IMG/VR virus record: IMGVR_UViG_3300045988_100686
Coordinates: 83,680 to 147,679 of that record
Strand: one strand, 5' to 3'
DNA length: 64,000 nt
Origin: a virus
Both the position numbers and the translations under genes were made by a program. This document shows, piece by piece, positions 1-9,793 of this stretch; positions within the stretch are counted from its first letter, which is position 1, and the number at the start of each line of letters is the position of its first letter. The notes under the pieces were generated by a model, which did not search any database, was not told the origin of the DNA, and saw nothing but the letters and a program-made list of their open reading frames with translations.

Positions 1-1053
1 ATTTGATATAAACAACTCTCTGTCAAGGTTGCCATATCCGTCAGCCCTGTCTACATCAGCTCTAGTAAAATCTCTAAATGGTTCATTTACTGAGTCTGCC
101 TTGCGATCAGTTACGCCACCAGTAAAGGTACTAACATTTATGATAATACCTTTTACTCGTGTGCCATCTTTGAGATACGCGTTTGATATAGAAATGTTTG
201 GTACGCTACCTCTTCTGCTAGCCCTGAACATGTCGTCTTCATTGAATAAATCAAAGCTATCATCTGCTGCCAATGTTGTTAGCTCTTGTTCGCCAGGGAT
301 ATGAATAGCGGCAACTTTTTCGCGATAGTCTCTTACAAGTGGTACACCATTTAACAATGCAGTACGCTCATATTCTGTAGCGCCTGCTAGTTTACAAAAG
401 TCGCCAACTTGGGAGCCTGTCAGCTCCTCTCCATTTCCGAAGAATCTATCGCCATCTTTACTGATGATAATAAGATCTGGAATATCACTTGCTGCCATCT
501 TTTCTGTTGCTTGCGGCTCTTCTGTTGATCTTTCATATAATGCAGTAAGCAACTCTGGCGTATTATTTGCCATCCATGTTGCTACACTTGCACTCTTTTC
601 AATCTCACCAACTATCTTTTTTACGGAGTCTATACTTGCATACTTGACAGAATCTACAGTCTTTATGTGTTTGATGCGTCTGCCAGGGCCCTCGTAGTCT
701 TCATCTCTCTCTGTAGCGTTTTCTACGGGCTCACCAATTACGTTATCTGCATATATTTTTTGTAAAAAAATAGGAGACAGTGGATAAAATTTTGGTTCTC
801 CTGCTCCAATATCAGTTACCAGGATATCAATGGGTGCAAGTTTATTTGCACGGATAGTTACTGGTGCTGATGCAATGCCGCCAAGGAATTCAATGAGTGC
901 GTCTGCGTTGCCAGTAGACACGTCCATGTTGGACCATGTAATATTGGTTACATAAGATGTTGCCTCTGGTATGCTCTGAGCAAGTGTGCTCATTATTGCA
1001 CTATTCCATGATTGCATATCTGGAGGGAGCGGATACCATAAATCTGGATTCAT
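1..1053 (-). CDS. hypothetical protein, 3' end truncated by window edge (start codon at 1053)
   Basis: AAAGGAGG lies 8 nt upstream of ATG at 1053-1051 on the minus strand. Hand translation (MNPDLWYPLPPDMQSW...) stays open to position 1. It is absent from the ORF track only because no stop falls in the window. Confidence 0.45.
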   Translation of the reverse strand, partial: MNPDLWYPLPPDMQSWNSAIMSTLAQSIPEATSYVTNITWSNMDVSTGNADALIEFLGGIASAPVTIRANKLAPIDILVTDIGAGEPKFYPLSPIFLQKIYADNVIGEPVENATERDEDYEGPGRRIKHIKTVDSVKYASIDSVKKIVGEIEKSASVATWMANNTPELLTALYERSTEEPQATEKMAASDIPDLIIISKDGDRFFGNGEELTGSQVGDFCKLAGATEYERTALLNGVPLVRDYREKVAAIHIPGEQELTTLAADDSFDLFNEDDMFRASRRGSVPNISISNAYLKDGTRVKGIIINVSTFTGGVTDRKADSVNEPFRDFTRADVDRADGYGNLDRELFISN

Positions 1054-1098
1054 GGAGTAACCTCCTTTAACTTTATAAACATATTATACCTAAGGATG

Positions 1099-1611
1099 TC
1101 ATCCTTTTGGCATCTGTTTTACTGCGTCAGCAATTGTTTTATATAGAAGAGCTCCAGTTGCTACATTACCTGCAGTAGCTAGCGCTCCAGCGGCACGGGT
1201 CTCATTCTTTGTAATCCCAAGATCCCTAAAGTTTAATGTACCAGACCCATTCTGGATTCTTTGCTTGATTGTCTTGTAAGTGATTAAGAATGATGGTGCT
1301 GAAGCAATAAGTGATGCTACTTGTAGTAAATGTGGTTTTTGACGTGCACTAATAAGTTGTCCAATGTCAATCGTTGTTCTAATTGCACCTTTGATAGCCA
1401 AAGCAGCGACAAGAACAAAGATTTTACGAATAACAAGCTCTTTTTTGCTCAGCTGAAATCCATCTGTTATCTCTTCTTTTGACATTACTGTATGATCTGG
1501 GATTAAGTAAATAGCTGCTACACAGACTACTAGGGGAATACCCTTGCTTATTAAAAACCGTTTTACTTGTTCTCCAATTATATTTGCGAGCATTTGTTCG
1601 TCTCTGCCCAT
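1099..1611 (-). CDS. hypothetical membrane protein (170 aa)
   Basis: ORF track. The start ATG overlaps the TAA of the upstream RNAP gene (TAATG). Hydrophobic segments are present. Confidence 0.5.
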   Translation of the reverse strand: MGRDEQMLANIIGEQVKRFLISKGIPLVVCVAAIYLIPDHTVMSKEEITDGFQLSKKELVIRKIFVLVAALAIKGAIRTTIDIGQLISARQKPHLLQVASLIASAPSFLITYKTIKQRIQNGSGTLNFRDLGITKNETRAAGALATAGNVATGALLYKTIADAVKQMPKG

Positions 1612-4313
1612 TAGTACCTCCCGTCTTTACCTTTTCCGAATCCTGTTCCGCGTGCGTAGGAAGGAATAGGATTATAAGAGTGTAATGGACTACGTGATTG
1701 TGTAGCAGCGTTATCAATAAGCTTCTCTTTTAAGTATTTAAATCCAAAGTTAGCCATCCAATCATGTTTGTAGGTTGGGGCTTTATTGGTACCCTTCTGG
1801 AAGGGAACAAACTTTGGTGGACGCTTGCTAGGATTCTTGCGAATATCTGCTGCTAGCTGGTTATAGTCTACTACGTCTCCTTCAATGAGATCATCAAAAT
1901 CTCCCGGATCAATAATCTGTACGTAGTTTATTAATCCACGAGCGATTACCTCAAAGTTTTTCTTTACACTATCGAGTCCTGCACCATGGTACAGAGTATC
2001 AAGACTCTGAATAAACTGCTTGCGACCAGTATCTATGCCTTTGTAAGGTACAACCTTGCTAATGTTTAGAATACCGTCTGTTAATGGGTCGCCAGCTTCT
2101 ACTCTATCCCCAACCTTTACTTTCAGTGTTCTTGTTGGCGGTATGTAGTACTTCTTACGGCCTATGTATACGTTCTGTCCGCCTGCAGGTGCTGCCTGTA
2201 TGTTTGTGATTGTTCCAGATACTTCAGTAATAACTGCTGCACCACTAAACTTAGTGGACATATTAAAGAACGCCTTTACCGTGTTAAAACCAATTGCCTC
2301 ACCTGCTGCAGTACCTGCTGTATGTTTAGATGACAGGCCTAACTGTGTAAAAGGTTCTGAAATAGCGTGAGCAGATACTACACCTACATTTTCACCGATA
2401 TCAGGGAATTTCAATTTCTCGTTGTACCCGTAGCAATATTGGCATACACCATCATGTGCTTCACATGTAGCTGGGCTACGTACCTCAACCTGAGGAACTC
2501 CACGACGTTTTAATTGTTCATAATAGTTGGCATCGATAAACTTGTTTGTCTTCGCCTCAACACGGTTAATGATATTCTTAGTATCGTTAATGTCACGTAC
2601 TAAACCACGTTTACATCCGCAATCCTTTTTGGTAACTACGATATCAAGTACGTTGCCAATAAGTTCTTTTGCTAATGCGCCTGCAGGAGCTACGGATAGC
2701 TTTGCACCAACAGTACCTTTACGGGTGCCATAGGATGATACAAAGTAATCGGCAGGACTTAGACCCTCGTTGTATGATGTGTGAATCAAGGAAGGAATAA
2801 GTTTATCTTTAGGATCTGCTACTACTGTAGGACTAGTTATGATCTGCATTACTTGTCCTTTTGACCCCTTGGAGCCTGTATATGCCCACTGCTGGAATGT
2901 GTTGTCAGTTGCCTCATCTGTGAGTTTCTGTGCAAATGCCTGAGCTTTACGTAATATCTTGCCTTTTTCTGCATCGACTTGTTTGGGTGTAAGATCTTTG
3001 CGTTTGTCAATATCTGCCAGCTCTTGGTCAATCTTATTGAAGTATATGTTACGCTTTTTCTTCAACTCATCCATATCGAAGTCAGTTGCTTTGTAAGATA
3101 CACCTAATCTATAGGCAAATAATGCTCCCAACTCTTTTAGACCATCAGCAATCCTGGTATATTCTTTTGGCCATCTCTGTCCTACCTGGGTAAGAAGGCC
3201 GCTCATTACGGATTTATTCCACACTTTGTCATAATTACGCAATGGCATTGGGAATAGCTCATTGATAAGTACTGCACCTGCAGTTGTCTTAAACTGTCTG
3301 TATTGAACAGGGGCGTCTGGCTTAATCATTCCCATGCGGATATTTTCGTGAAGCTGTTTAACGTTTTGTACAGGAGTGAATCGTGTACTTTTATCAAACG
3401 TTGGGAGAGTCTTTGTTGCTGCAAATAATCCAAACACTGATTCCTGCTGTGGTAACATCATAGGTCCCATGTTGCGGGGTGAGAATAAGTTGTGACTTGG
3501 AGTCATTTTCTCCAGTGCTTCTAACCTTGCTTCTTCCGTTGCAGGTACATGAAGCTGCATGGTATCATAAACTAGAATACCGTTGGCTATGAAAAGTGGA
3601 AACTCCGGGACCGTGAAGTCGTAAGTTATTTCTTCTCGGTCAACTTCTTCTACAGAAGTCACCTCATCCCATACATATGGCAGGTTTAAATATGGATTTG
3701 CTGGGTTTACCTTAGCTACATCACTGATCTGTACTAGTGCGCCATTCTCTGGTATTCTTACTGCGTTGTAGTCCAAGTATAAACGTGTGTTTACTATTTT
3801 GCAAAAGATACCCTGACGTGCTAGTATTACTTTAGCTAATTCTAGCTCTTGCTTATCCTTTACCTTCCAGTACATACTAGGATTTTCTGTGTTATCTGTG
3901 GTATCAAAGTGGACCATTGCTAACAATGCCGTGCCAAGATCATCTGTTGATAAATTTAGCATATAATATGAAAACTTGTTTGGTTTAAAGTTATCCATTG
4001 CAAACTTACGCATAGCTTTTGCTTGTGCAGTTTTCTTTGGAATATATGATATCATACGCATTATAGGCACGAATTTACCAAGTGCATCCTGGGGAGGTAA
4101 TGGAGCAAAAAATGTTTCACTTCCGTTTGTTGCCAATGAGTGGTCATCGGTTACTGTGATCTCGTAGCCACAAGAGGTGCAGATTCTGTACATCTTCCCA
4201 TGCTCTGTGTGTACACTTCGCTCAGTGTAATCCATGAATTCATTGGTGTTTGTAGCAGGGCAATAGGTTAATACTTTTCCCTTAACTACAGTTGAGTTAC
4301 TTTGGGTACTCAT
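1611..4313 (-). CDS. RNA polymerase beta-prime C-terminal portion, preceded by a 250-aa split-intein C-fragment
   Basis: After residue 250 the protein reads TMQLHVPATEEARLEALEKM, which matches beta-prime QMAVHVPLSxEAQxEA directly after NADFDGD. The N-terminal 250 aa carry intein block B (ITVTDDHSLAT) and blocks F/G (ITYDFTVPEFPLFIANGILVYD). GGAGG lies 12 nt upstream of the ATG. Confidence 0.8.
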   Translation of the reverse strand: MSTQSNSTVVKGKVLTYCPATNTNEFMDYTERSVHTEHGKMYRICTSCGYEITVTDDHSLATNGSETFFAPLPPQDALGKFVPIMRMISYIPKKTAQAKAMRKFAMDNFKPNKFSYYMLNLSTDDLGTALLAMVHFDTTDNTENPSMYWKVKDKQELELAKVILARQGIFCKIVNTRLYLDYNAVRIPENGALVQISDVAKVNPANPYLNLPYVWDEVTSVEEVDREEITYDFTVPEFPLFIANGILVYDTMQLHVPATEEARLEALEKMTPSHNLFSPRNMGPMMLPQQESVFGLFAATKTLPTFDKSTRFTPVQNVKQLHENIRMGMIKPDAPVQYRQFKTTAGAVLINELFPMPLRNYDKVWNKSVMSGLLTQVGQRWPKEYTRIADGLKELGALFAYRLGVSYKATDFDMDELKKKRNIYFNKIDQELADIDKRKDLTPKQVDAEKGKILRKAQAFAQKLTDEATDNTFQQWAYTGSKGSKGQVMQIITSPTVVADPKDKLIPSLIHTSYNEGLSPADYFVSSYGTRKGTVGAKLSVAPAGALAKELIGNVLDIVVTKKDCGCKRGLVRDINDTKNIINRVEAKTNKFIDANYYEQLKRRGVPQVEVRSPATCEAHDGVCQYCYGYNEKLKFPDIGENVGVVSAHAISEPFTQLGLSSKHTAGTAAGEAIGFNTVKAFFNMSTKFSGAAVITEVSGTITNIQAAPAGGQNVYIGRKKYYIPPTRTLKVKVGDRVEAGDPLTDGILNISKVVPYKGIDTGRKQFIQSLDTLYHGAGLDSVKKNFEVIARGLINYVQIIDPGDFDDLIEGDVVDYNQLAADIRKNPSKRPPKFVPFQKGTNKAPTYKHDWMANFGFKYLKEKLIDNAATQSRSPLHSYNPIPSYARGTGFGKGKDGRY
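3564..4313 (-). other. split intein C-fragment (blocks B, F, G; about 250 aa)
   Basis: TxxH block B motif at aa 55-58. The C-terminal NGILVYD is followed by a +1 Thr. The extein resumes with exact beta-prime spacing. Confidence 0.65.
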
Positions 4314-4396
4314 TAAATTTCTAAACCTCCAATCTAATCTAGGTTTCTAAAGATCATTATACCGGGAAATTATGTAACAAAAAATCGTAAAAGTAA

Positions 4397-4440
4397 TGGT
4401 ATAAGTATTATGTAGAAGAATATAATTACGTATTCTTCTA
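4397..4440 (+). promoter_or_regulatory. sigma70-like extended -10 element (TGGTATAAG) followed by a 10-bp perfect hairpin (tagaagaata/tattcttcta)
   Basis: The motif family TGGTATAAGTAWTATGTAGA recurs at 56607 and 61523. It lies 55-75 nt upstream of ATG 4471, in the divergent region next to the RNAP-C gene. Confidence 0.45.
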
Positions 4441-4470
4441 TAAAAATTAAGGGGGGAGACGACTCTGTCA

Positions 4471-4830
4471 ATGATTCCTTTAAGTCAAATTTATAAGAGG
4501 GAGAAGATTATTCTTACAATAAAGAATAGTAAAGATCTTATTAAGGAAGTATCCATTAATGGAGTAAACTTACTTAGTAAGACTTTATCACTTATTGTTA
4601 ATCCTGATTTAAACTGTGACCTCTTCCTGTTGAGAACCACAAAGTCAGGAGGAATAGTCTTCGAGCAATCAACAAAAGGGAATATTAGAATTACGATCTC
4701 CTCTAATATTTCCCTTGAATCAACCACAGATAGACCTACAACAAATTTCATAAGGGTATCTCAACGAGAGAAAAAGAATAGGCAGTGGACAATCTGTGAG
4801 CGATTCTATACCTTGGAGATCAATAGTTAA
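4471..4830 (+). CDS. hypothetical protein (119 aa)
   Basis: ORF track. GGGGGGAG lies 9 nt upstream of the ATG. Confidence 0.4.
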   Translation: MIPLSQIYKREKIILTIKNSKDLIKEVSINGVNLLSKTLSLIVNPDLNCDLFLLRTTKSGGIVFEQSTKGNIRITISSNISLESTTDRPTTNFIRVSQREKKNRQWTICERFYTLEINS

Positions 4831-4849
4831 ACGAAAGAAGGATTTTATT

Positions 4850-5080
4850 ATGAACACTAATCTGACCCGCATTGTATTTATCTCTGGCCAAACTCAACCG
4901 TACGTATTCAGCCCGGACGACGGCGCAAATGATCTTACTGACGCTCAGATCTTGGAATGCATCGCTGCAACTGATCCGTCTGTTAACACTTCTGCTCGCC
5001 TGGCTTGGCAGCAAACCCAATACAATGGTGAGCAAGTTCTCTCCGCAACCTATGTGCCGCAAGCACAAACCAAAGGTTAA
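4850..5080 (+). CDS. small hypothetical protein (76 aa), high GC, ends in Gly; possible beta-grasp/ubiquitin-like
   Basis: GAAGGA lies 8 nt upstream of ATG 4850. Local GC is about 50% with ctg/ccg/cgc codons, unlike its neighbours. The C-terminus reads ...QAQTKG. Confidence 0.4.
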   Translation: MNTNLTRIVFISGQTQPYVFSPDDGANDLTDAQILECIAATDPSVNTSARLAWQQTQYNGEQVLSATYVPQAQTKG

Positions 5081-5280
5081 TCTGCTGGGTTTCTCTAATT
5101 AATTGATCTAGCCTTGTTAGGCTACGATTACTGTGTAGCATTTTCTGGTAAAAATTTAATATTGAATTAGAATATTATGATGGCATAATCGTTCTAAAGA
5201 CAATTGCATATTGAAAGACCTAGATAGTCGGTAATAGGTGAACAGAAAGACTTAATCTTCTACAAGTTATACGCAAGGGG

Positions 5281-5326
5281 TCTATGTAGTCTTCGGACTG
5301 CATAGATTCCCTAAAATTTTTTTTTA
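5281..5326 (+). terminator. possible intrinsic terminator (UUCG-loop hairpin with distal T9)
   Basis: The arms tctatgtagtc and gactgcataga flank a ttcg loop; a T-run follows 9 nt later. Confidence 0.3.
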
Positions 5327-5348
5327 GTACTTTGAAAGGAGGATAATA

Positions 5349-5633
5349 ATGGGTGTTCAGTCTGAAATAGATAAAGTTATAGGAGAACTTCCTGAGATTA
5401 AACCTCTCAGCTTTTATATTGAAGAGTTACGGAAGTATTTAGACACAACGACTCCTCTTGAGGAAATGTTTAAAAAGCCTTTCCCAGAAGAACTGATACG
5501 TAAATTTCTAGCTGCAAAACAAGATAATTCACAGAGAAGAAATGAGCTGCTCGTAAAGCAGGTCTGGGAGATTGTAGTTGATCTTCCTGTTGCACCTGTA
5601 CCAGAATCTAGTAAAAGGAGGAGAGTAATGTGA
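5349..5633 (+). CDS. hypothetical protein (94 aa), first gene of the plus-strand operon
   Basis: AAAGGAGG lies upstream. The stop overlaps the next start (ATGTGA). Confidence 0.5.
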   Translation: MGVQSEIDKVIGELPEIKPLSFYIEELRKYLDTTTPLEEMFKKPFPEELIRKFLAAKQDNSQRRNELLVKQVWEIVVDLPVAPVPESSKRRRVM

Positions 5634-7114
5634 GTAATGAAAATATGGCTTCAGGCTATATAAATTATATTGCTGATGCTAGTACCTCAGTAATTGGACG
5701 TAATAGAGGGAAGTGGGAATTGTCACAAAAGTATGTTCAGTATTTAGATGATACTACTGAATATGCACTTGGACTAATATTTGGACCTTATCAGCTTAAT
5801 CATTTTGGTTGCTACGTAGCAACTAGAATATTTTCTTCTATTCTTACTCCTGGTAAGAAAAACGGGTTAATGACACCCAATGAAGCTCGTGGAGCTATTG
5901 AAGATAATCTTTACTGTGATGTGAATTTGCCGACATTGTTTTTCAATGCCTTGGTGCTCTTAAAATTCATGCAGTTCGGAGACGATACTTTTGCTTCCCC
6001 TACAGCTTTCAAGTATATAAAACGAGTCCAGACAAGTGGATCCCGAGGAACTATTGTTAACATGAAAATTATTCCATTTGTATCTGGGCTTGTTACTCCA
6101 GAGACAATGCTTAAGGGAGTAAAGATCCTGTGTGCAATAGCTGCATTAAAACCAGAGGTATATGAAGCAGTTCAAGAAATATACAATGATATTAATAAAG
6201 AATTACTCAGAAATATAATGGTAAATGCATCTGAATTGCTTGACCTTAGGATAGAGAGTGGCAAAATTGCAATACCTATGTTTAAACTTGGTGCTCCTGG
6301 TATCCCGCTCGAACTTGTACTCGATGATTATAAGGAGTTTTCACTTAAGCTCGAAGAACTTGCCTCTAGAATTTTAGAGGCGTGCAATGGTAGCTTAGAA
6401 GATTTCCTTCAAGCTATATTTGCTCTTGACATTGATAATATAACTACCTATAAGGAGGAAAACACAATGATGGTTGTAACTGAAATACTGAGGAATCTGA
6501 TTAATAAAGGTATACTGATTACTCGTGATGGCAGACTGCTGTCCATCAACATTACTGATGAAGATACTGTTCAGGTTAATCCTTTCAATAATAATGATGC
6601 GGAACGCCCGACTATTGCAAATTTGACCATTGAACGTAACGGTACTACAGAGGAAATCATTACTCTGAAGGATGATAGATTAGAACATATTATTGATACC
6701 GCTCAAAACGTTCTGAATTCTAGTGTAAACAATGCTATCAACAATGACAGAAATGTCAGAGTACAGCGTGCTTCTATGGCATCTGCTACACCTGCTACAC
6801 CGGAAATGCGTAGAAATGCTGACGGGTCTATTTCTGTGCATAGAACAGTTGGCTCTTTCCGTATGTGGGCCCCAGCTACTCCTGCAGAGGCAGCTCAATT
6901 TGAGCGTACACAGCAACAACAAGCTCAACAAGATCAGCTTGCAGCTGGTGAGGATACAGAACGGGATGCCATTGTTGAAACCGTAGAAGATAGTCCTGAA
7001 GATATTGTCATGGTTTCTGTTGTGGAAAACAATAGTGTGCGTGTAAGACGTATGACTCGTGAAGAAGCTGAAGATCAAGAACTTGCTATCGTAAGTGTTA
7101 TTGAAAGACGGTGA
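5630..7114 (+). CDS. hypothetical protein (494 aa) with a Q-rich acidic C-terminus
   Basis: ORF track. It overlaps both neighbours, which suggests translational coupling. Confidence 0.6.
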   Translation: MSNENMASGYINYIADASTSVIGRNRGKWELSQKYVQYLDDTTEYALGLIFGPYQLNHFGCYVATRIFSSILTPGKKNGLMTPNEARGAIEDNLYCDVNLPTLFFNALVLLKFMQFGDDTFASPTAFKYIKRVQTSGSRGTIVNMKIIPFVSGLVTPETMLKGVKILCAIAALKPEVYEAVQEIYNDINKELLRNIMVNASELLDLRIESGKIAIPMFKLGAPGIPLELVLDDYKEFSLKLEELASRILEACNGSLEDFLQAIFALDIDNITTYKEENTMMVVTEILRNLINKGILITRDGRLLSINITDEDTVQVNPFNNNDAERPTIANLTIERNGTTEEIITLKDDRLEHIIDTAQNVLNSSVNNAINNDRNVRVQRASMASATPATPEMRRNADGSISVHRTVGSFRMWAPATPAEAAQFERTQQQQAQQDQLAAGEDTERDAIVETVEDSPEDIVMVSVVENNSVRVRRMTREEAEDQELAIVSVIERR

Positions 7115-7928
7115 TTATACAATGGCTATGAATATTAAAAAGATAGAATTTGAAGACAATTCTGCTGTAGTAACCATGAGGGATCCTGACGAACTTATTG
7201 GTCTTGTACGTAAAAGAGTGTCGATTGATGCTCTAATTCAAGCCCTTGGAAAGATTAGTACATCCCAATCTATGCTTATTCCTCCTAACTGCAGGGGCAT
7301 TTGGGAGACTAAAAACAATAAGTATTTCCTGTTTATCATCCCGGCACACATGGGCAAGACTGCCGTAGTGTGGTATAAAACTGACACTGATAACTATGGA
7401 GCTCCGGGTAGTAGTACTAAGTTGGAGAACCAGCCTGAACATATTCAGTCAATGTATGAAGACTCAGAAGACAGTGACTACATTAGAGTGTTCAACACTC
7501 CATTCCCAGATGCGTGTGTGTTGATTAAAATGACAAAGGCTGGTAGCAATAAACTTATGTTTAATGATATCAGAGCATGGTCTATTAAGAGTACTATGCT
7601 TCCTCTAGATAAAACAGCAGTATACCGCTGGCCGTTCTTTAATATGTATGGTGATGCAAGAGTATGCATTGGTGATATCCCCAGAGAGTATCCTAATGTA
7701 GAATCTGTTGCTAGTATTATTAATTACCTATATATTGGCGTAGGTAACCATGATCTTGATCATACTCCATATGTAATTCCTGATAATAAGTTTGGAATCA
7801 AAAATTCTTTTCAGTTGGTCAAATACCTTGATGAAAACAAGTTGACTGTATTTCCAAGGGAGTTACTGTGTAGTTTTGGTACATCGATCATTGAAACAGT
7901 AGAAAATATTGTTGCTAATGGAAATTAA
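7095..7928 (+). CDS. putative E2-like (UBC-fold) ubiquitin-conjugating-like protein
   Basis: FFNMYGDARVCIGDI resembles the UBC active site HPNIxxxGxICLDIL (Asn, Gly, Cys flanked by aliphatics, Asp). It directly precedes the JAB and E1 genes. Confidence 0.45.
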   Translation: MLLKDGDYTMAMNIKKIEFEDNSAVVTMRDPDELIGLVRKRVSIDALIQALGKISTSQSMLIPPNCRGIWETKNNKYFLFIIPAHMGKTAVVWYKTDTDNYGAPGSSTKLENQPEHIQSMYEDSEDSDYIRVFNTPFPDACVLIKMTKAGSNKLMFNDIRAWSIKSTMLPLDKTAVYRWPFFNMYGDARVCIGDIPREYPNVESVASIINYLYIGVGNHDLDHTPYVIPDNKFGIKNSFQLVKYLDENKLTVFPRELLCSFGTSIIETVENIVANGN

Positions 7929-9793
7929 TGGAGGTAAAAATAATGGCAGTTCCAAACCAATATAATAAATATGCTTCTTTATATACTGTGCCCAAAAAGC
8001 CAGAACTCACAGACGTCCAAAAACGTCTTATTGAACGTATGCAACGTAGTCGCTGCAAAATCTGGGAGTCCTATGCTGCGTATACTGCAGCTGATGAATC
8101 TGATAAGAAACCAGACAATTACTTCCCAACTAAAACTGGTTGGGGTATTGCGCGCAAGCGTGTTCTCAATGGTAATAGTGTGGAGTTCGTTACAACTGTT
8201 CCAGAATGTCCGCTGGTTGATGAAATCCAACCCAAAGTTGTTCTTGATATTCATAATAAAATCCCTGGATCTCTGCTCCAGGAGATTCTTGCAAACTTTA
8301 ACAAAGTATGCGAGGACTCTAATAATGAGTGTGCTGCTCAGATTTACCGTGAGCGAGATGGTGAAAGAAAGTATTTCATTTATTACCCTGAACAAAAGGT
8401 GTCTACTGCTCAAGTAACCTATACTCATGATCCACAGCTCATGGAACTCGCAAAGGCATATGACCTCATCATGGAGCTGCATTCCCATGATTCTATGGGT
8501 GCATTCTGGTCTGGCACAGATGACAGTAATGAGAACACTTGTGGATTCTACATGGTAATTGGCAGATTTAACTCTTCTGTAGTTGAGTACAAATGCCGTG
8601 CAAAACTTGATAAACTGTATGCTGATTTTAATTGCTCTGAAATCTTTGATTTCGGTGACACACCTGAAGAACAAATCCTTACTCGTGAAAACTTTATTGC
8701 TCCGAATGATGAACTGGATAAGAAGATCACAAAAGAAAGCCTTACTTATTATAATGGTGCGTATCAAGCTTGTTATGACATGTGGAACTATGGTGGTTAT
8801 TCTTATCAAGGATACAATGACTATAATTATGGTAAATCAACTAAGAAATCTCAGAGATACCTTGCTAAAACAGAACTGGCTGCACGTAAACGCTTGATGG
8901 CTAAATTGAAGAATGCTCCGGAATCCATCTTCCCGGAAGACGCTCTTTATAATGAGCTCTGGGATCATGCAGACTATATCAAAGCCAGAAAACGTTGGGA
9001 ATGCTGTGGGTACTATGATAACCAGGAGGCCATGAAGGAATGCTGGAAACGAATCCCAAAAAACCAGGCAGGCGCGGAAGAGGAGGTGAGTCAAGACGCC
9101 GTCGTTGCCTCTGATTATGTAACTCGTATGAGCAAGTGCTACTCTGCAGATGGGTTCCAAAATACCCATACAGCTGGTGGAGTTGCCACTGGCATTGAAA
9201 CTGCGGAATATCTTGCTGGTAATGGAGATGAGGCAGCTGCACGTTATGGCACGCTTCCGGGCAAGATTCAACAATACAGTAATTTTGATTTAGATCTTGG
9301 CACTGCTGATGTGAATGACCAAGACTACAATGATAATCTTAATATGGCTGTGGCTAGCAGAACTGAGTCCCAGTCTAACATTGAGACATTCTTGCAGGAA
9401 GGAATGGGCGGGGTCCGTGAAGAGACTGAAAACAAATTTATTGCTAATGTAATGAATATTGCGTTTCTTCACACCCCGTCAGCCAGTATCAACGTCGGAG
9501 TGTTCTGGGAGTTGCTTACACCGGTTGAGAAAACTAGACTGGCAAAAGCATTCCACTGCTCTGTTATGGATCTTGCTACTCTGCTTATTGGCAGCAGCGC
9601 TGTTGTTGCATCTCCTGATGTAGCAGAGTTCCTGTATAAGTGCATCCTTGGTGATGCTAAGTATGTAGAATGTAAGCTTGGTCTTATTACCAGTAAGGTC
9701 ATGGCTGAAAAGCCGTCTACTGCTGCTCAATTTGTAGCACTCATCCATGAGATGCTTGAGGTTGAAAGAGATGTTAAGGAGGCAAAGGAATGA
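7928..9793 (+). CDS. JAB/MPN (JAMM) metalloisopeptidase domain protein (621 aa)
   Basis: A complete JAMM motif is present: E...HSH-DSMGAFW-S-GT-D (HxHx7Sx2D). A large Cys/Trp-rich C-terminal extension follows. The start overlaps the E2-like stop (TAATG). Confidence 0.7.
   Translation: MEVKIMAVPNQYNKYASLYTVPKKPELTDVQKRLIERMQRSRCKIWESYAAYTAADESDKKPDNYFPTKTGWGIARKRVLNGNSVEFVTTVPECPLVDEIQPKVVLDIHNKIPGSLLQEILANFNKVCEDSNNECAAQIYRERDGERKYFIYYPEQKVSTAQVTYTHDPQLMELAKAYDLIMELHSHDSMGAFWSGTDDSNENTCGFYMVIGRFNSSVVEYKCRAKLDKLYADFNCSEIFDFGDTPEEQILTRENFIAPNDELDKKITKESLTYYNGAYQACYDMWNYGGYSYQGYNDYNYGKSTKKSQRYLAKTELAARKRLMAKLKNAPESIFPEDALYNELWDHADYIKARKRWECCGYYDNQEAMKECWKRIPKNQAGAEEEVSQDAVVASDYVTRMSKCYSADGFQNTHTAGGVATGIETAEYLAGNGDEAAARYGTLPGKIQQYSNFDLDLGTADVNDQDYNDNLNMAVASRTESQSNIETFLQEGMGGVREETENKFIANVMNIAFLHTPSASINVGVFWELLTPVEKTRLAKAFHCSVMDLATLLIGSSAVVASPDVAEFLYKCILGDAKYVECKLGLITSKVMAEKPSTAAQFVALIHEMLEVERDVKEAKE

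Noticed and set aside
4397-4418. TGGTATAAGTAATATGTAGA as a novel phage-RNAP promoter consensus
   Set aside because: The core is a good extended -10 (TGnTATAAT-like), and other sites show canonical TTGACG-N18-TATAAT. The simplest reading is host sigma70-type promoters. Phage-RNAP recognition remains only a possibility.
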